Assembly: GCA_002189035.1 (NCBI GenBank)
Contig: NEEC01000002.1
Span: 1,054,001-1,118,000 of the forward strand
Source of the DNA: Utricularia gibba
Lineage: Eukaryota > Plantae > Magnoliophyta
Length of the DNA stretch: 64,000 nt
Direction: 5' to 3'
The position numbers and the translations under genes are program-made. Under the pieces are notes generated by a model. It saw only the letters and a program-made list of their open reading frames with translations, searched no databases and was not told the DNA's origin. This document shows positions 26,617 through 38,483 of this stretch, in pieces; positions within the stretch are counted from its first letter, which is position 1; every line of letters starts with the position of its first letter.

Positions 26617-27511
26617 ATCTGCGAAGACCAAGTAACTAAATAATTAGGGGAGCTTCGAGAAAGCATTAAAACGGTCCAGCCCAAATGATTTCCAGCAGCC
26701 GAAGAAAGAAAAAGCCTGAATTGAGACTGCAACTGGCTAAGGAAAAACATACGAGCAACAACCAAGCACCTCACTTTGGTGATAGATACTAACGAAATTC
26801 TGCAAAATTTAACTGAAAAAAAAAAACCCACTTTTACACTGCAGACCCCAAGAAAGTGTAACGGGGAGTTCTGAGAAGAAGAAAAGACCAAATTTGCTTG
26901 GGCATGAAATCGGTAGAGACAATGAATCAAGAAATTGTCGCTGAAACCAACAGACGCATACACACACGATCCATATGTAAATTGTTGAACACAAACCTGA
27001 TCCGAGGAGTGTAATTTCACGACGGTGGCGCAATCCGGCATAAAAGAAATTGAGAGAGCAATTTCAGCTCTTTCCCTTCCGACAAAAGGGGCAAAATCCG
27101 TACCCTCAGTGCTTGCTGATTGGTAATTTCTTGGCGGTGGAAGAAACTCAAATTTAACCTAATGTTCAATTTTTTTTTCCGACGGTAAAGAACTCAGATT
27201 CGATTTTACAAAAATATTTTACACAACAAATTCAAAATATTTATTGATTTGGATTCAATAAAAATGAGAGGGTAATTCTCTATGTGCGTTTGCTCAGCAC
27301 CTGCCTGTGTTCTTGCTCTTTGGAAAGATCGCCTTTTCATTTGTTGTGATATTAGAAATTATGATTATTAAAATAAACAACATCGTATTGAAAAATTAAA
27401 ATCCTATGATAAAATATATAAACGAACATTAGTTCATTGAATATTATATTTTAAAATATGATATATATTTTTTATATAAAAATTTCAAATATATATTCTT
27501 TATTCAATTTA

Positions 27512-27795
27512 AGCAGTGTTTTAAAAAAATTTTAAAATCTATTTCTACTTTTCATAAGTAAAAATAATTTTGTTTTAATACATTTTTAATTGAACAGAAA
27601 CATTCGAAAATTAAAACTACAAAATAATTTTAACTCAAGTTTTAATTGAGTTGTATGCATACATTTTTAAAATTATAATTACAAAATTTATTTTTGAAAA
27701 AATAAGTAGTTGTTTATTTTTATTTTTTATTTCGACTTTTTAAAAGTAATTTTGAAAAATTAAAATAAAATTTAAATTTTTTTCAAAACACTGCT
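27512..27795. mobile_element. Tourist/PIF-Harbinger-like MITE (284 bp)
   Basis: TIRs agcagtgttttaaaaaaatttt and its near-complement tttaaatttttttcaaaacactgct. TTA on both sides (27509-27511, 27796-27798). AT-rich non-coding interior. Confidence 0.75.
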
Positions 27796-28834
27796 TTATA
27801 ATTTTAACATGATATTATAATATTTGTCATCTAACACGACTTGAATAACCAAAATAGATTTTGAGTTTTGATCAAAAAAATGGTCACTTCGAGGTTAAAT
27901 ATTAGAGTAAATAATTCCATGCCAAAAAAAATTAATAGATTGTATAGTATTATTAATTAATTGAATCTTATTTTTTCAAATATGATATAACATTAAATAT
28001 GTACTCATCTATATATCCTTTACTGCAACATTAGAACCATTCCAGACCACACAACTCTAGTTCATCTCGGAGAGCTGTCTTAGGTTGTTGTTTGTTTAAA
28101 AACTGTACAATTTTGCATGCATTATCGTTAAATAAATAATAGCGGGCTGAGGCTGACTCACCATCCGAGTTTTGTGGCAGACAAGACACGGGAGTCTACT
28201 GCTGACACGTCGGCCACTTGGACACGACAACGCGCGTGCCCGAATCGTGACTTGTTCCGTCCTCTGTGGTCCCCACACAGGAAAACTCTCTTCCTCCATC
28301 CCATCATTTCCTTTTATTTCCCAATAAAACAGTGATCCGTACGACACAATATTCCCGTAATATTATGGGAGTGAGATTTCAGAACTGCGAGAAATTATGT
28401 GATTTTGGGTCGCACGTGTGGAAATACAATTCACAATTTCCCATTTTGATTTACAAAAAGGTAATAAAATTATTGGGAGACATGAAAATTTAAGTAAATA
28501 AAAAAACCCCACGTGTCTTAATTATTATTATTAATTTTTAGGAAATTAAATCGTGGGCGTGGCCACAAACAGTGGACTCCGGCCCCCTACCATAATTAAG
28601 TAGGGTGCACCTACACTTGAGAACAGCAGCGACGCACCGGATTACTGCTCTTAGTCTTAATTCAGCTTTTTTTCTTAATTTTTTAATATATTTTTTGTGT
28701 AAACGGCAAAATGGCAAGTATCAACGTCAATAGCGACCATACAATAAATTCGAAAAGGAGAAGCATATAAATATTATATATGATTTTAAAAATCTTTTAC
28801 AATTTTACAATAATTTAGAAATTATAATTATGTG

Positions 28835-29659
28835 CTAGAAATTGAGCGAAGGTTGATCGTTATCCGTCCACGGGGGCTGGCTCCAGTAAACGGGATCGAC
28901 GGCAGCCGTCAGATCGAACAACCCCTGTGGTGGACCTACGCCGCCTGATAACCACTCCGGCACGCCGCCCATATCGACACTGTTGATTTCTCGCTCCATT
29001 TCCGGCAACTTGATCTCGTCCACCGCCGGGTTACAGCTCTCTAATGTAGAAGTAGAATCGTGGAACACTTGTGGATACGGCACCGCGCCGTACGCCATCA
29101 TTTCCGAGGACACCGCAGCCGGCCCCATCAAGTCCGTGTATCCGCCGATTTCTGACGGAAAGATCTGGGCGTCGGGTGGATGACTGACCAACGGCTGGCG
29201 ATTATTGAAGCTAGGGTTAGCGTGAAAAAACGAGGAATCTGAGAAATCATACGCAGCGGCTGAAATAGACGCCGCCTTCGTCGTTGCCGGGTCTTCAACA
29301 GGGGCGGTGGAAGAGCCCCCCATGATTCTGTGATTAGAGCTATCGGTGGTGCTCGTCCTCTGAGTTCGCTCCCCAGCCGCTCCCTTCTTCTGGTTGGCGC
29401 GCTTCGTCTTCCGGCAGCCGCCGCCGACGGGGACGTTGCGTAACACCCCGCCCTTCGTCCAGTACCGACGGCAATTTTTGCAGAAGTGGCGGGGCTGTGA
29501 GAGATTGTAGTTGTTATAGTAACAGAACTTTGTGTTCTGAGAATCGCACCGCGGACACTTCAAGGCCTGGAGATGGTTGTTAGCGTGGTTGAGAGGCCGC
29601 ATCCGATGGTCACAGGCGCCGAGAAACGCGCCACCGCCGACAGCGTGTATATCTTGCAT
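28835..29659 (-). CDS. Dof zinc-finger transcription factor, OBP4/DOF5.4-like, intronless
   Basis: [50 protein letters not shown] Dof domain. The MQDIH...GGG...RMR N-terminus resembles OBP4. Confidence 0.96.
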   Translation of the reverse strand: MQDIHAVGGGAFLGACDHRMRPLNHANNHLQALKCPRCDSQNTKFCYYNNYNLSQPRHFCKNCRRYWTKGGVLRNVPVGGGCRKTKRANQKKGAAGERTQRTSTTDSSNHRIMGGSSTAPVEDPATTKAASISAAAYDFSDSSFFHANPSFNNRQPLVSHPPDAQIFPSEIGGYTDLMGPAAVSSEMMAYGAVPYPQVFHDSTSTLESCNPAVDEIKLPEMEREINSVDMGGVPEWLSGGVGPPQGLFDLTAAVDPVYWSQPPWTDNDQPSLNF

Positions 29660-30052
29660 TTCCGGAAATTTTTCTTTTCAATAACACAGAGGAAAACAAC
29701 GAATTATTCCGATGTATTTAAAAACCAGAGAATCCTGCCGACGAGTTATCCCGGTACCGGAGACAGCGGCCGTTGCGGCGGAACAAAGTCTGAGAGAGAT
29801 TTCTCATCACTTCCCTCTGACAGAAACAAATATCCCCCCACCACAATCTTCCCCTCCATATATTTCTACATCACATGATTACGGATGTGGTGCCCATAGT
29901 CAATGACCTAAATGCCCCTCAAAACCTTACGTTTTATGCAAGCGGCCCCTACACTTTCCTTTATTGGTTTATCATACTATTTATTTCCTATATCCTAATT
30001 CCTACCCCATTATTCTCCTTGGTCAACAAAAAATAAAAATAAAAAACTCTAA

Positions 30053-30363
30053 GGTATAGTTTGTGTGACTGAATCAATAATTTATACTTAATTTATAATT
30101 AGAAGTTATTGCACAAATAGATGTAAAATAAATAGAAGTAGTCTATTTTAAATTAAGTAACTTACTTATTGAATAAGTCACATTTTATCAACTTATGTGA
30201 TAAGTTGCTGAAATATTCAAAATTGAAATAAGTTACAAATAAGTAAAAATAGAAGTAGAAGTTAAATTTTAAAACAAATAAATGTATTATGTAAAACACT
30301 TACTTTTACTTTTATTTTTATTTTAAGTCATAAATTGTAAAATAAGTCACACAGACTATAACC
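30053..30363. mobile_element. Tourist/PIF-Harbinger-like MITE (311 bp)
   Basis: TIRs ggtatagtttgtgtgact and agtcacacagactataacc (1 mismatch, 1 indel). TAA target-site duplication at 30050-30052 and 30364-30366. AT-rich interior. Confidence 0.8.
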
Positions 30364-30825
30364 TAATTCATTCTTGCAACTTTTGTCCAACCTAAAGACG
30401 GATAAAAACATTATTTATATTATTTTAACATTTAGTTAAATTTAAATCATATAAACAACAATTATATTTACTAAAACATTTTTAAAATATAATTAAATTA
30501 TTAAACTATAAAATTAAAAAATCAAATCCGAAACATATGAAGAATTGAGGAGGAGGAGATGAAAATGACTTTGAACAAGATTAGGGTTGGTTGGTTAGAG
30601 TAATTATGAATTATTGCTAATTAATGAGTTGAATGTCTTAGATTAGGACTAGGTTTAGTTGAGGTAATTAGCTGAACCGCCTTATTAAAATCCTTCGTAG
30701 TTATTCTAGCCCTACATCGGGTCGGGTCGGGTCTACGAGGCTCCGTGTCAAAACTTTTAATTCAAAATTACATGGGCTAAAAGTTTTTTTGGGCAATTAT
30801 TATGATATTTTGGATTTTTTTTTCA

Positions 30826-31970
30826 GGTTTGACTTCACGAGCTTCTGGCGTTAGCATTAGAATATCATTAATTTCTGGAGTGCATTTACTTGATTGAGGT
30901 CAAGTGCTAATGAGAGGTAGGCGAAGAGAAATTGAATTCGTGGCGCAGAGCTCGGAGTTTCTTGGAGCATGGCCGCTGATTAGATCGAGTTCATATTCCG
31001 CCGGTGCTGGATAAATTTGGTCGATTCATTGCTGAGTGAAGGTTCCGATGTTGCTCACCTGGAGCAGTTGGGTGTCACGGACGAGTTGCCCGGAGTTTGT
31101 GAGAGGGCTTACGAGTAATATTTTTTGGGATTTCCCGCTTGAGGGTATGTCTATTGATGCTTGGGTTTATTGTTCCTGATTCCAAATTGGATTGCTTAGA
31201 GTAGTGTTTTGTTATGCTTCTGTTGTTAGGTGGGATGGTTCTCCATAAGGGAGAAATAGCTGAAATGAAAACTGGCGGATGTCTCTGAAGTTCCAGAAAT
31301 ATCAAATGTTAGACAGGATCTGTCGCAATGGGCAGCAATACGTGCTAATCTTGTTCTCACTACTGTAAAGGTCAGATCACGGCTTGTTTCAGTGGGGAGG
31401 CTTAGTGAATATTCGTTTGTCATCAGGGTATGGAAGGCTTGAAAGCTCTTATTTTCTGCTTATCTCATCACGCCATCCCTGTGTTCATCCCATTGTTTGA
31501 TCTTAGAATGGGCAAAGGATCCCCTCTATGTGTGTGTATATACTTGTACCGATATTGAGCTGCAGCTCTTTAAGTCCCATCTTGGCTTTAACCTCCAGCG
31601 ACCTGATATTGAATGTGGTTTACCATTTCCCTGCAGATGTGAAACCAATTACATGGAAGCTTTGAAGTTGTATGCAGCTGAGGTTAAGGGAAATTCTTCG
31701 AGAGAATGACCTGAGATCAGGGAAGCAAAAAATGACGAAGGAAATTCTCCAAAACCCTCAGAGCAGGACTTGGATGCGTCTCTACTTGCGAACCACAATG
31801 GCCCTGATGCTGGATCCGGTAAACCTGATTGCCCCTACCACAATCCTCATGTTTCTCTTTTCTTCACCCCAGTATCAGGAAATTCCCAAACTGTACATCC
31901 TTTTCTCTTTTCTCTTCCTCCATGGTCTCTGCTCATTGCTTTCTGCTTGTGCAGCCATTTCTTGACCTTG
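30826..31970 (+). pseudogene. Spliced mosaic of gene fragments including a plastid SecA exon piece; no intact ORF
   Basis: GGMVLHKGEIAEMKTG (31230-31277) follows a canonical acceptor and matches the SecA DEAD motor motif, then the frame breaks. Several further GT/AG sites and stop-interrupted coding-like segments follow. Confidence 0.6.
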
Positions 31971-33140
31971 GTAAGTGAATTTTTATTTATTAAATTAATA
32001 TATTTGAGTGAAATATATCAAAAATTGAATTCAGAATATAAAAATTAAATTACAGTATCATTTTTTTATAATTTCCCCCATTAATTATATTAAAAGAATA
32101 AATTACAAATAATGAATTGCTGACGTTTGAATATAAAATTATTTTTCATTTCAAAGAAAATAAATCCTGATGATAATTTTTTAATTGCCTGGTGGTATTT
32201 AAGCTCCAATCATGCAATTTTTTTAAATCATAAATAATTAAATACTAATCCGTAGAGTAATGATTGATGATTATTTTATGATAAAAGATGGCAAAAGGAT
32301 TTCCCATTCCCAAATGGAAAATTGGACAATTTTGGAAAGAGTTACTATTTTATTTATACTAAAAAAAGAAAGAAGAATCCTCCAGTAGTACGGAAAACAA
32401 ATTAGCTTGTTTTTTTTCTTTGTGCACTTAAAAAAATACAATTTATTTAAATAATTTTAAAGTAAATTGACTATTTAGGTACCAATTAATTATTTAGAAT
32501 AAAGTATATATTTTTAAAATAATAATAATAAATATTCAGATGGTGGCGTGGGGTGACGTCTCTGTCGGTGGGGTATTGTATGGGGCGGGTGGTTGAAAAA
32601 ACCAACGGTTATCATCACCATCATAACTTGATTTGTTTGAATAATATTTTATTTGCTTTCAGTAAATGTGTATTGATTTCTATGTATTGTTAAGCAGAGA
32701 GTGGATCTGTGTGTGTGACCCAAAGCGCTTCACACCTATTGCTCCGTCCTGGGCCGGGGAGGGCGTTGAGTTGAGGAGGTACAGCACTTGGATGGTGACG
32801 TCCCGGAGCCTACGTTTTCCTCTTTGGTTTTTCTTCTTCTATGCGGACGCATTGCTCCGCTAACCGACGCAGGAGTCACGCGCCTTCTTACCCTCTTTTG
32901 TTGTATCCTCAACCGCGCCATACACCTCCCTGGTTGCCTCGGAGCTTGCAGGATATACCCGGATCTTGAACTACGGTTAGTGTGTGTTGTGGGTTTGGTT
33001 GGAATCCTGCAATTTTTGTGTTACTCAAGCACTTGGGTTGAGATTTGAGATTCTGGGTATCGAGATTGGGCTTTGCTGTTGATACGGATGGGGGAAATTT
33101 TGGTTTTTGGGGTGAGGATGTGGAATAGAGCATTGCGGGG

Positions 33141-35287
33141 ATGAGAAAGAAGCCGGATGTAATGGCGCTGAAATCGCCGGGGATAAGAGGGAGTGGAATG
33201 GTTTCACGGCCGCGGGTGAAACTTTGGATGATAAGGGTTGCAACCTCGGTTTTACTGTGGACTTGCGTTGTGCAATTGACGGCTATGAGTGAGACTTGGG
33301 GTCCTCGTGTTTTGAAAGGCTGGCCTTCTTGTTTCTTGCATGAATCCGCCGCCGTCGCTTTGGATGTGCGTGAGGTTTCTGTTAGAGTTCTTCCACAGAA
33401 GAGTGAGTATTCTTTCCTCTCTTATTTTTTTATGCTATAATCTGAACTGATTCTTAGGGGGATTTCCGAGAATTTGTCATTATGTCGCTCTGCTTAGGCT
33501 TCTTGAACCTTGTTTCTGAAACTCAACACGTTCTTGTTCTAAATCTTATCTTTAGGGGTCTACAAGAACAACGGTTACCTCATGGTGTCATGTAATGGAG
33601 GTCTTAATCAGATGAGAGCTGCAGTGCGTCTTTCTGCTCCATGATCTGTTGTTACTCTTGCTTGCAGGCTTCTTATTATAGATTTTCTACTCCAAGGGGA
33701 ACTTGTTATTAAAACTCTTCCTTTGGTTACAGATATGTGACATGGTGGCTATCGCTAGACACCTGAATGTTACCTTGATTGTTCCTGAGCTTGACAAAAC
33801 TTCTTTCTGGAATGATCCAAGGTTTGTGTTGCTAGCGATGATCACTACTGATTCATCATGGAAAATGGGTTTAACATATGACTTGAATCCATGACCTGTT
33901 TGCAGTGAGTTCAACCAAATTTTCGATGTCGATCACTTTATCACATCCTTAAGAGATGAAGTTCGAATACTCAGGGAGCTACCTTCCCGTGTTAAGAAGC
34001 GAGTAGAGCTAGGGATGTACCATACCATGGCTCCTATAAGTTGGTCAGACATTTCTTATTATGAGAATCAGGTGGAAAAAAATGCTCTTCACCATATCCA
34101 TTTCTGCACATTGCCTGTGCTTCTGAGATTCAGTTTTTTATTTTTCCTGTGTGCAGATTCTTCCCCTGATTCAGAAATATAAAGTTGTTCTTCTGAACCG
34201 AACTGATGCTCGTCTTGCCAACAACGGTCAGCCACTGGAGGTTCAGAGACTCCGTTGTCGAGTGAACTTTAGTGCCTTGAAGTTCACTCCCCAGATAGAA
34301 GAATTGGGTAGGAAAGTTATCCAGATATTGAGGAAAAATGGCCCCTTTGTGGTCCTTCATCTCAGATACGAGATGGACATGCTAGCATTTTCTGGTTGCA
34401 CTCATGGCTGCGACAACAACGAGGTTGAAGAACTGACAAAAATGAGGTACCCCGGCATATGTCTGAAATCATGATGCTCCATCTGTATCTTCACTAACTA
34501 AGCCGATCTCAGATATGCCTACCCCTGGTGGAAGGAGAAGATAATCGATTCTGACATGAAAAGGAAGGAGGGTCTCTGCCCCTTGACACCAGAAGAGACT
34601 GCTCTCACACTCCGAGCACTGGATATTGATCCCAGCGTTCAAATTTACATAGCTGCCGGAGAAATTTACGGCGGTGAGAGACGACTAAGAAGCCTTGCGG
34701 CATCCTATCCAAATCTGGTCAGTTGATAGCATGCATGACTGCTATCTCTAGTGCGCCTGGTTTACTCCTGCCTCTTGTATATGATAGGTGCGGAAAGAGA
34801 CCTTGCTGGCACCTTCAGAGCTTGGTTTCTTTCAGAATCACTCATCCCAGATGGCGGCGCTCGACTATCTCGTTTCTCTGGAGAGCGATGTCTTCGTGCC
34901 CACATACGACGGAAACATGGCTAAGGTCGTCGAAGGGCACCGCAGGCAAGTGTACATCTCATCGGAAAACGTTGAAACTGCATTATTATCTGCCACAGCT
35001 TCATCCGTCCTGTGCCGGTGATCAGGTTTCTGGGGTTCAAGAAAACCATGCTGCTCGACCGGAGATCGCTGGTGGATTCGATAGACAGGTACACGTCGGG
35101 GGTTCTGAGTTGGGATGAGTTCTCTGCTGAAGTCAAACGCAGACACAGTAATCACATGGGGCTTCCGGCGAAGCGGGTGGCAATCCCCGATCGGCCCAAG
35201 GAAGAAGACTACTTCTACGCCAACCCGGTGGAGTGTCTCCGGCCGGTGAATGGAGGTGAAGCGCTGGCCACACTCCGGCGCCGATAG
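33141..35287 (+). CDS. RRT1: O-fucosyltransferase-family GT106, rhamnogalacturonan I rhamnosyltransferase RRT1-like
   Basis: [23 protein letters not shown]; [26 protein letters not shown]; [16 protein letters not shown]; [15 protein letters not shown]; CPLTPEET; [32 protein letters not shown]; [14 protein letters not shown]. Confidence 0.93.
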
Positions 35288-35451
35288 CGGAGGTAGCCGA
35301 TTTTTGTATCGAAAATGTTTACTTGAATAATACAACACGCACGTACAGAAATCTGTCCAATGCATCTTCTTCCTGCTTAATTAGGTATTAAAAATAAAAA
35401 TAAAAAGAAAAAGAAAAAGAAAATGGGTGATCGGCGTCCTATCTGAATTTC

Positions 35452-35459
35452 CACGTGGC
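35452..35459 (+). promoter_or_regulatory. G-box (CACGTGGC) upstream of CAS
   Basis: CACGTGGC about 110 bp upstream of the CAS ATG. Function is inferred only from position. Confidence 0.4.
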
Positions 35460-35563
35460 ATTAGATGGTTGATTCATGAGCATGCCCAGTCGGATTGCCT
35501 TTTATTGCCTCACCTCCTCGGCGCCAGTTTCTGTCCAAGAAAAAACCTGCCGCCGGAGAGCTG

Positions 35564-37820
35564 ATGGCCCTGAGAACTCCCTGCGTCGCGCGGACGCTGG
35601 CGCCGGCGGCATCGGGTGCGCCGCCATCGAAGCCTGTCGTGATTCCTAAAGTGAAAGCGAAGGAATCTAGATGGAATCATCGGTTGGGTGTGGGAGGCTC
35701 GTTTTCATTGCCCGCTGCTGCTGTCGCTCCTCTCTTTGCGTTTTTTGAGGGGCCTCTTGAAGTCAGAGCTGAAGTTTTGCCGAAGGATCAGATCTTCACT
35801 TCTCTCACCCAGGTTAGTGTGTCCGATTAGAAGCGAATGTGTGGAAGTTGAAGAAATTGCATTTTGAATCTGGGTTTTTATTGGGTTTTTAGTTGGATTC
35901 TGCTCTGGAACAATTTCAAGATTTCGTTTCGAGTTTTCTTGGTTCTGCTGGGGAAGTGATTGGATCTCTCACCGAAGCTGCGAAGCCGAGTATAGAAACA
36001 GCGTTGCCTGTATTGCAGCGTGCTGGAGAGGCAAGCGTGAAGCTGGCTTCTCCTGTGGTCACGGAGGCTTCCAAGAAAGCTCAAGAAGCCATCCAGAGTT
36101 CTGGATTAGATACCGAGCCATTCGTTACAGCAGCTAAGGTAATGGATACAGGGGCTCTGTTCTCTTAACACATCTTTCAATACACTTTCGTGGATTTTGT
36201 GAATGATCTTAAAATGTAAACGTTTTATTGTTGCGTGAAAAGGAATTAGAAAACTCATGTTTGGGTCTCATATGAAGGGTCACTGGTATCTTTCATACCG
36301 AATAAGTGGCTGTGCAGAATTGTCTTAAAAGGAGTGATATTCTACTTGTCTTGCTAAAAGAAATCATAGCTTTATGATTCAGATGTGGTTGTAACAAAGA
36401 AACTTATGTGTTCATTTGAATTGCAGACAATTGTTGACACAGCTCAACAAACCACAAGGATGATTGATGAGGCTAAACCTATAGCCAGCTCTACTGTCGA
36501 GACAATCTCATCGACGCAGCCGTCTGTTATCTTAGCGACTGGTGGCGCATTGGTTGTTACATATCTCTTGCTTCCCCCCATCTTTTCAGCAATTTCTTAC
36601 GGCCTTAGGGGCTATAAGGGTAATCTTCTTTTCATCAATATATCTTAATGCTTTCCTCTGTTTGATGGATCATTAGAAATGTGCATGGTTTCAAAAAAAT
36701 GTAGCTTACGGCTTTTAGTATGATTCTGAAATAAAAAAATAGCCTTGTGGAAAAGGAGACAGGGCAAGTGACTTTTCGTGTGACATAGAAGGTTTCACAG
36801 CCATGCAAACTTTTGTTGTGTTTCACTTCGCTTTAACCACTTGCTTTCAGGTGACTTAACTCCTGCACAAACGCTGGATTTCCTGTGTACAAGAAACTAT
36901 GTTTTGATTGATATAAGGTCAGAAAAGGACAAAGACAAGGCTGGTATTCCTCGAGTCCCCTCCAATGCCGCAGGCAAAGTGATATCAATCCCGTAAGCAC
37001 CATTTTCTGATCAAAATACCTGAAACCTTTACCTTGAAGCACCTCAGGATTGGAGAATATGTTCTCTATCACACTATGGCCTCATTAAATATGGAGAGGA
37101 CGGAGTGATCCATTGAAGAATGCACACATTACACCATTTGGTGAAATAATATTGACTTGAAAAGGCACTCATAACGAATGAATAACGTGACTTGATATGC
37201 TGAGCATGCAATCCCCATATGAACGTTACATTGAACTGACCTCTTAGTTTGTTGTTTCCAGTTTAGAAGAATTACCCAACAAGCTTAAAAGCATTGTCAG
37301 AAATGTCAAGAAGGTTGAAGCTGAACTTGTGGCCCTGAAGATCTCCTATCTCAAAAAAGTTAGCAAGGGCTCCAACATTGTTATTCTGGACTCGTAAGTA
37401 CTCTTATGTACTCCTTTAAACGGTTCCTAGGTATTTCATTCCCTCAGCTGGGATTCTCATGAGTCCCACTGTCTTCTAAAAGAGAAAAACATTACAAAGT
37501 CTGGCGGAAGATCTTGACTGCTCCCTTTTTACAATGTGCTTTTAGAAGAATAATGATATCTGCTTTGGAAAAATGCATTCAGGTACTCAGATTCAGCTAA
37601 AATAGTTGCGAAAACGCTAACAAAGCTCGGGTTCAAGAACAGCTGGGTAGTAACAGATGGCTTCTCTGGTGGCAAGGGCTGGCTACAAAGCCGGTTGGGG
37701 ACTGATTCATACAATTTGTCTTTTGCGGAAGTTATTTCACCATCCCGAGTATTCTCTCCATCCAGTAGACGATTCGGAGGAACAAGCTCCACAAAGCTGC
37801 TCCCTGGTGCCTCTGAGTAA
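35564..37820 (+). CDS. CAS: Chloroplast thylakoid calcium-sensing receptor (rhodanese-like domain), 6 exons
   Basis: Transit peptide; DEAKPIASSTVETIS; TM ATGGALVVTYLLLPPIFSAI; YKGDLTPAQTLD...LIDIRSEKDKDKAGIPRVP; KISYLKKVSKGSNIVILDSYSDSAK; GFSGGKGWLQSRLG. Confidence 0.96.
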
Positions 37821-38147
37821 TCTCAAATGAATGTGTATTCTTGGTCTGTTGCAATACCCTCTCCTCCTCATTTATGTTTTGTAAGTGTTCCCAATCTTTT
37901 ATATAATCAGAAAAAGTGCCGGATTCCTGGTTAGCAACAACAGAGTCCACTTTGGTTCTGAAAACAAGTGGTTAATCAGACCATCCTGTTTTTGATTCTC
38001 AACTATAGATGCAACAGAATCCTGGAATGTGCCTAAAATCTTCTGCAGTTAACACCTTTATCAATGCTATACGCAGTCACTCGAGTTCCCAAAATCTTCT
38101 GCAGCTAGCAATCAAGCTCATGATCTGATCATAAGGTTATTGACTCA

Positions 38148-38346
38148 GGGAGCCAGGAAGTCGGCTTGTTTCAGCCGAGGGTGCTTGGGATAAAGCAACG
38201 CCCTTTATTTCAGGGCGTCAACTGGGCTCCCAAGGGGAACATATACCAGCATTCCCCTTCCGTGGAGTAGAAAATATAAGCAGAGAGTCCTTGTATGTGC
38301 CGAAGTCTCGTCGCATTGCTGTAATGATCATCAAGTACTCCACCGG
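38148..38346. ncRNA. Unidentified highly structured element (four-way cloverleaf plus two hairpins); candidate ncRNA or cis-element
   Basis: Perfect Watson-Crick helices tiled almost without spacers: 38148-54/38225-31 (7 bp) enclosing 38161-66/38173-78 (6 bp), 38182-86/38193-97 (5 bp) and 38198-204/38212-18 (7 bp); then 38232-39/38252-59 (8 bp) and 38262-69/38336-43 (8 bp). No family motif recognised; strand undetermined. Confidence 0.5.
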
Positions 38347-38432
38347 CGTTGTGGTTTATATGCTTTAGTGTGCGTGTGTGTGTGGCACTGGCTGCTTTTG
38401 GAGGATAAGAAAACACTTGAAATAGTTGATTT

Positions 38433-38450
38433 TGTGTGTGTGTGTGTGTG
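38433..38450. repeat. (TG)9 microsatellite in the LMW-PTP 5' region
   Basis: Seen directly; a second interrupted (TG)n run lies at about 38368-38384. Confidence 0.95.
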
Positions 38451-38483
38451 TTTCACGAAGGTCGCGGAGGAGAATATAGAGAG

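Noticed and set aside
31668-31690. 15-nt match to plastid 4.5S rRNA (TGTATGCAGCTGAGG) suggesting a NUPT
   Set aside because: The flanks do not continue the match; chance level.
32666-33048. ORFs upstream of RRT1 as a separate gene or conserved uORF
   Set aside because: They rely on TTG starts or low-complexity CT-rich leader sequence. There is no recognisable conserved peptide, so this is most likely 5' UTR and leader intron.
38148-38346. Identification of the structured element as telomerase RNA, TPP riboswitch, U1/U11 or a true tRNA
   Set aside because: There is no single-stranded 1.5-repeat template (CCTGAAA lies in a stem and loop), no CTGAGA after GGGTGCTTG, no Sm site or 5' splice-site complement, no A/B boxes and no properly spaced USE-TATA.
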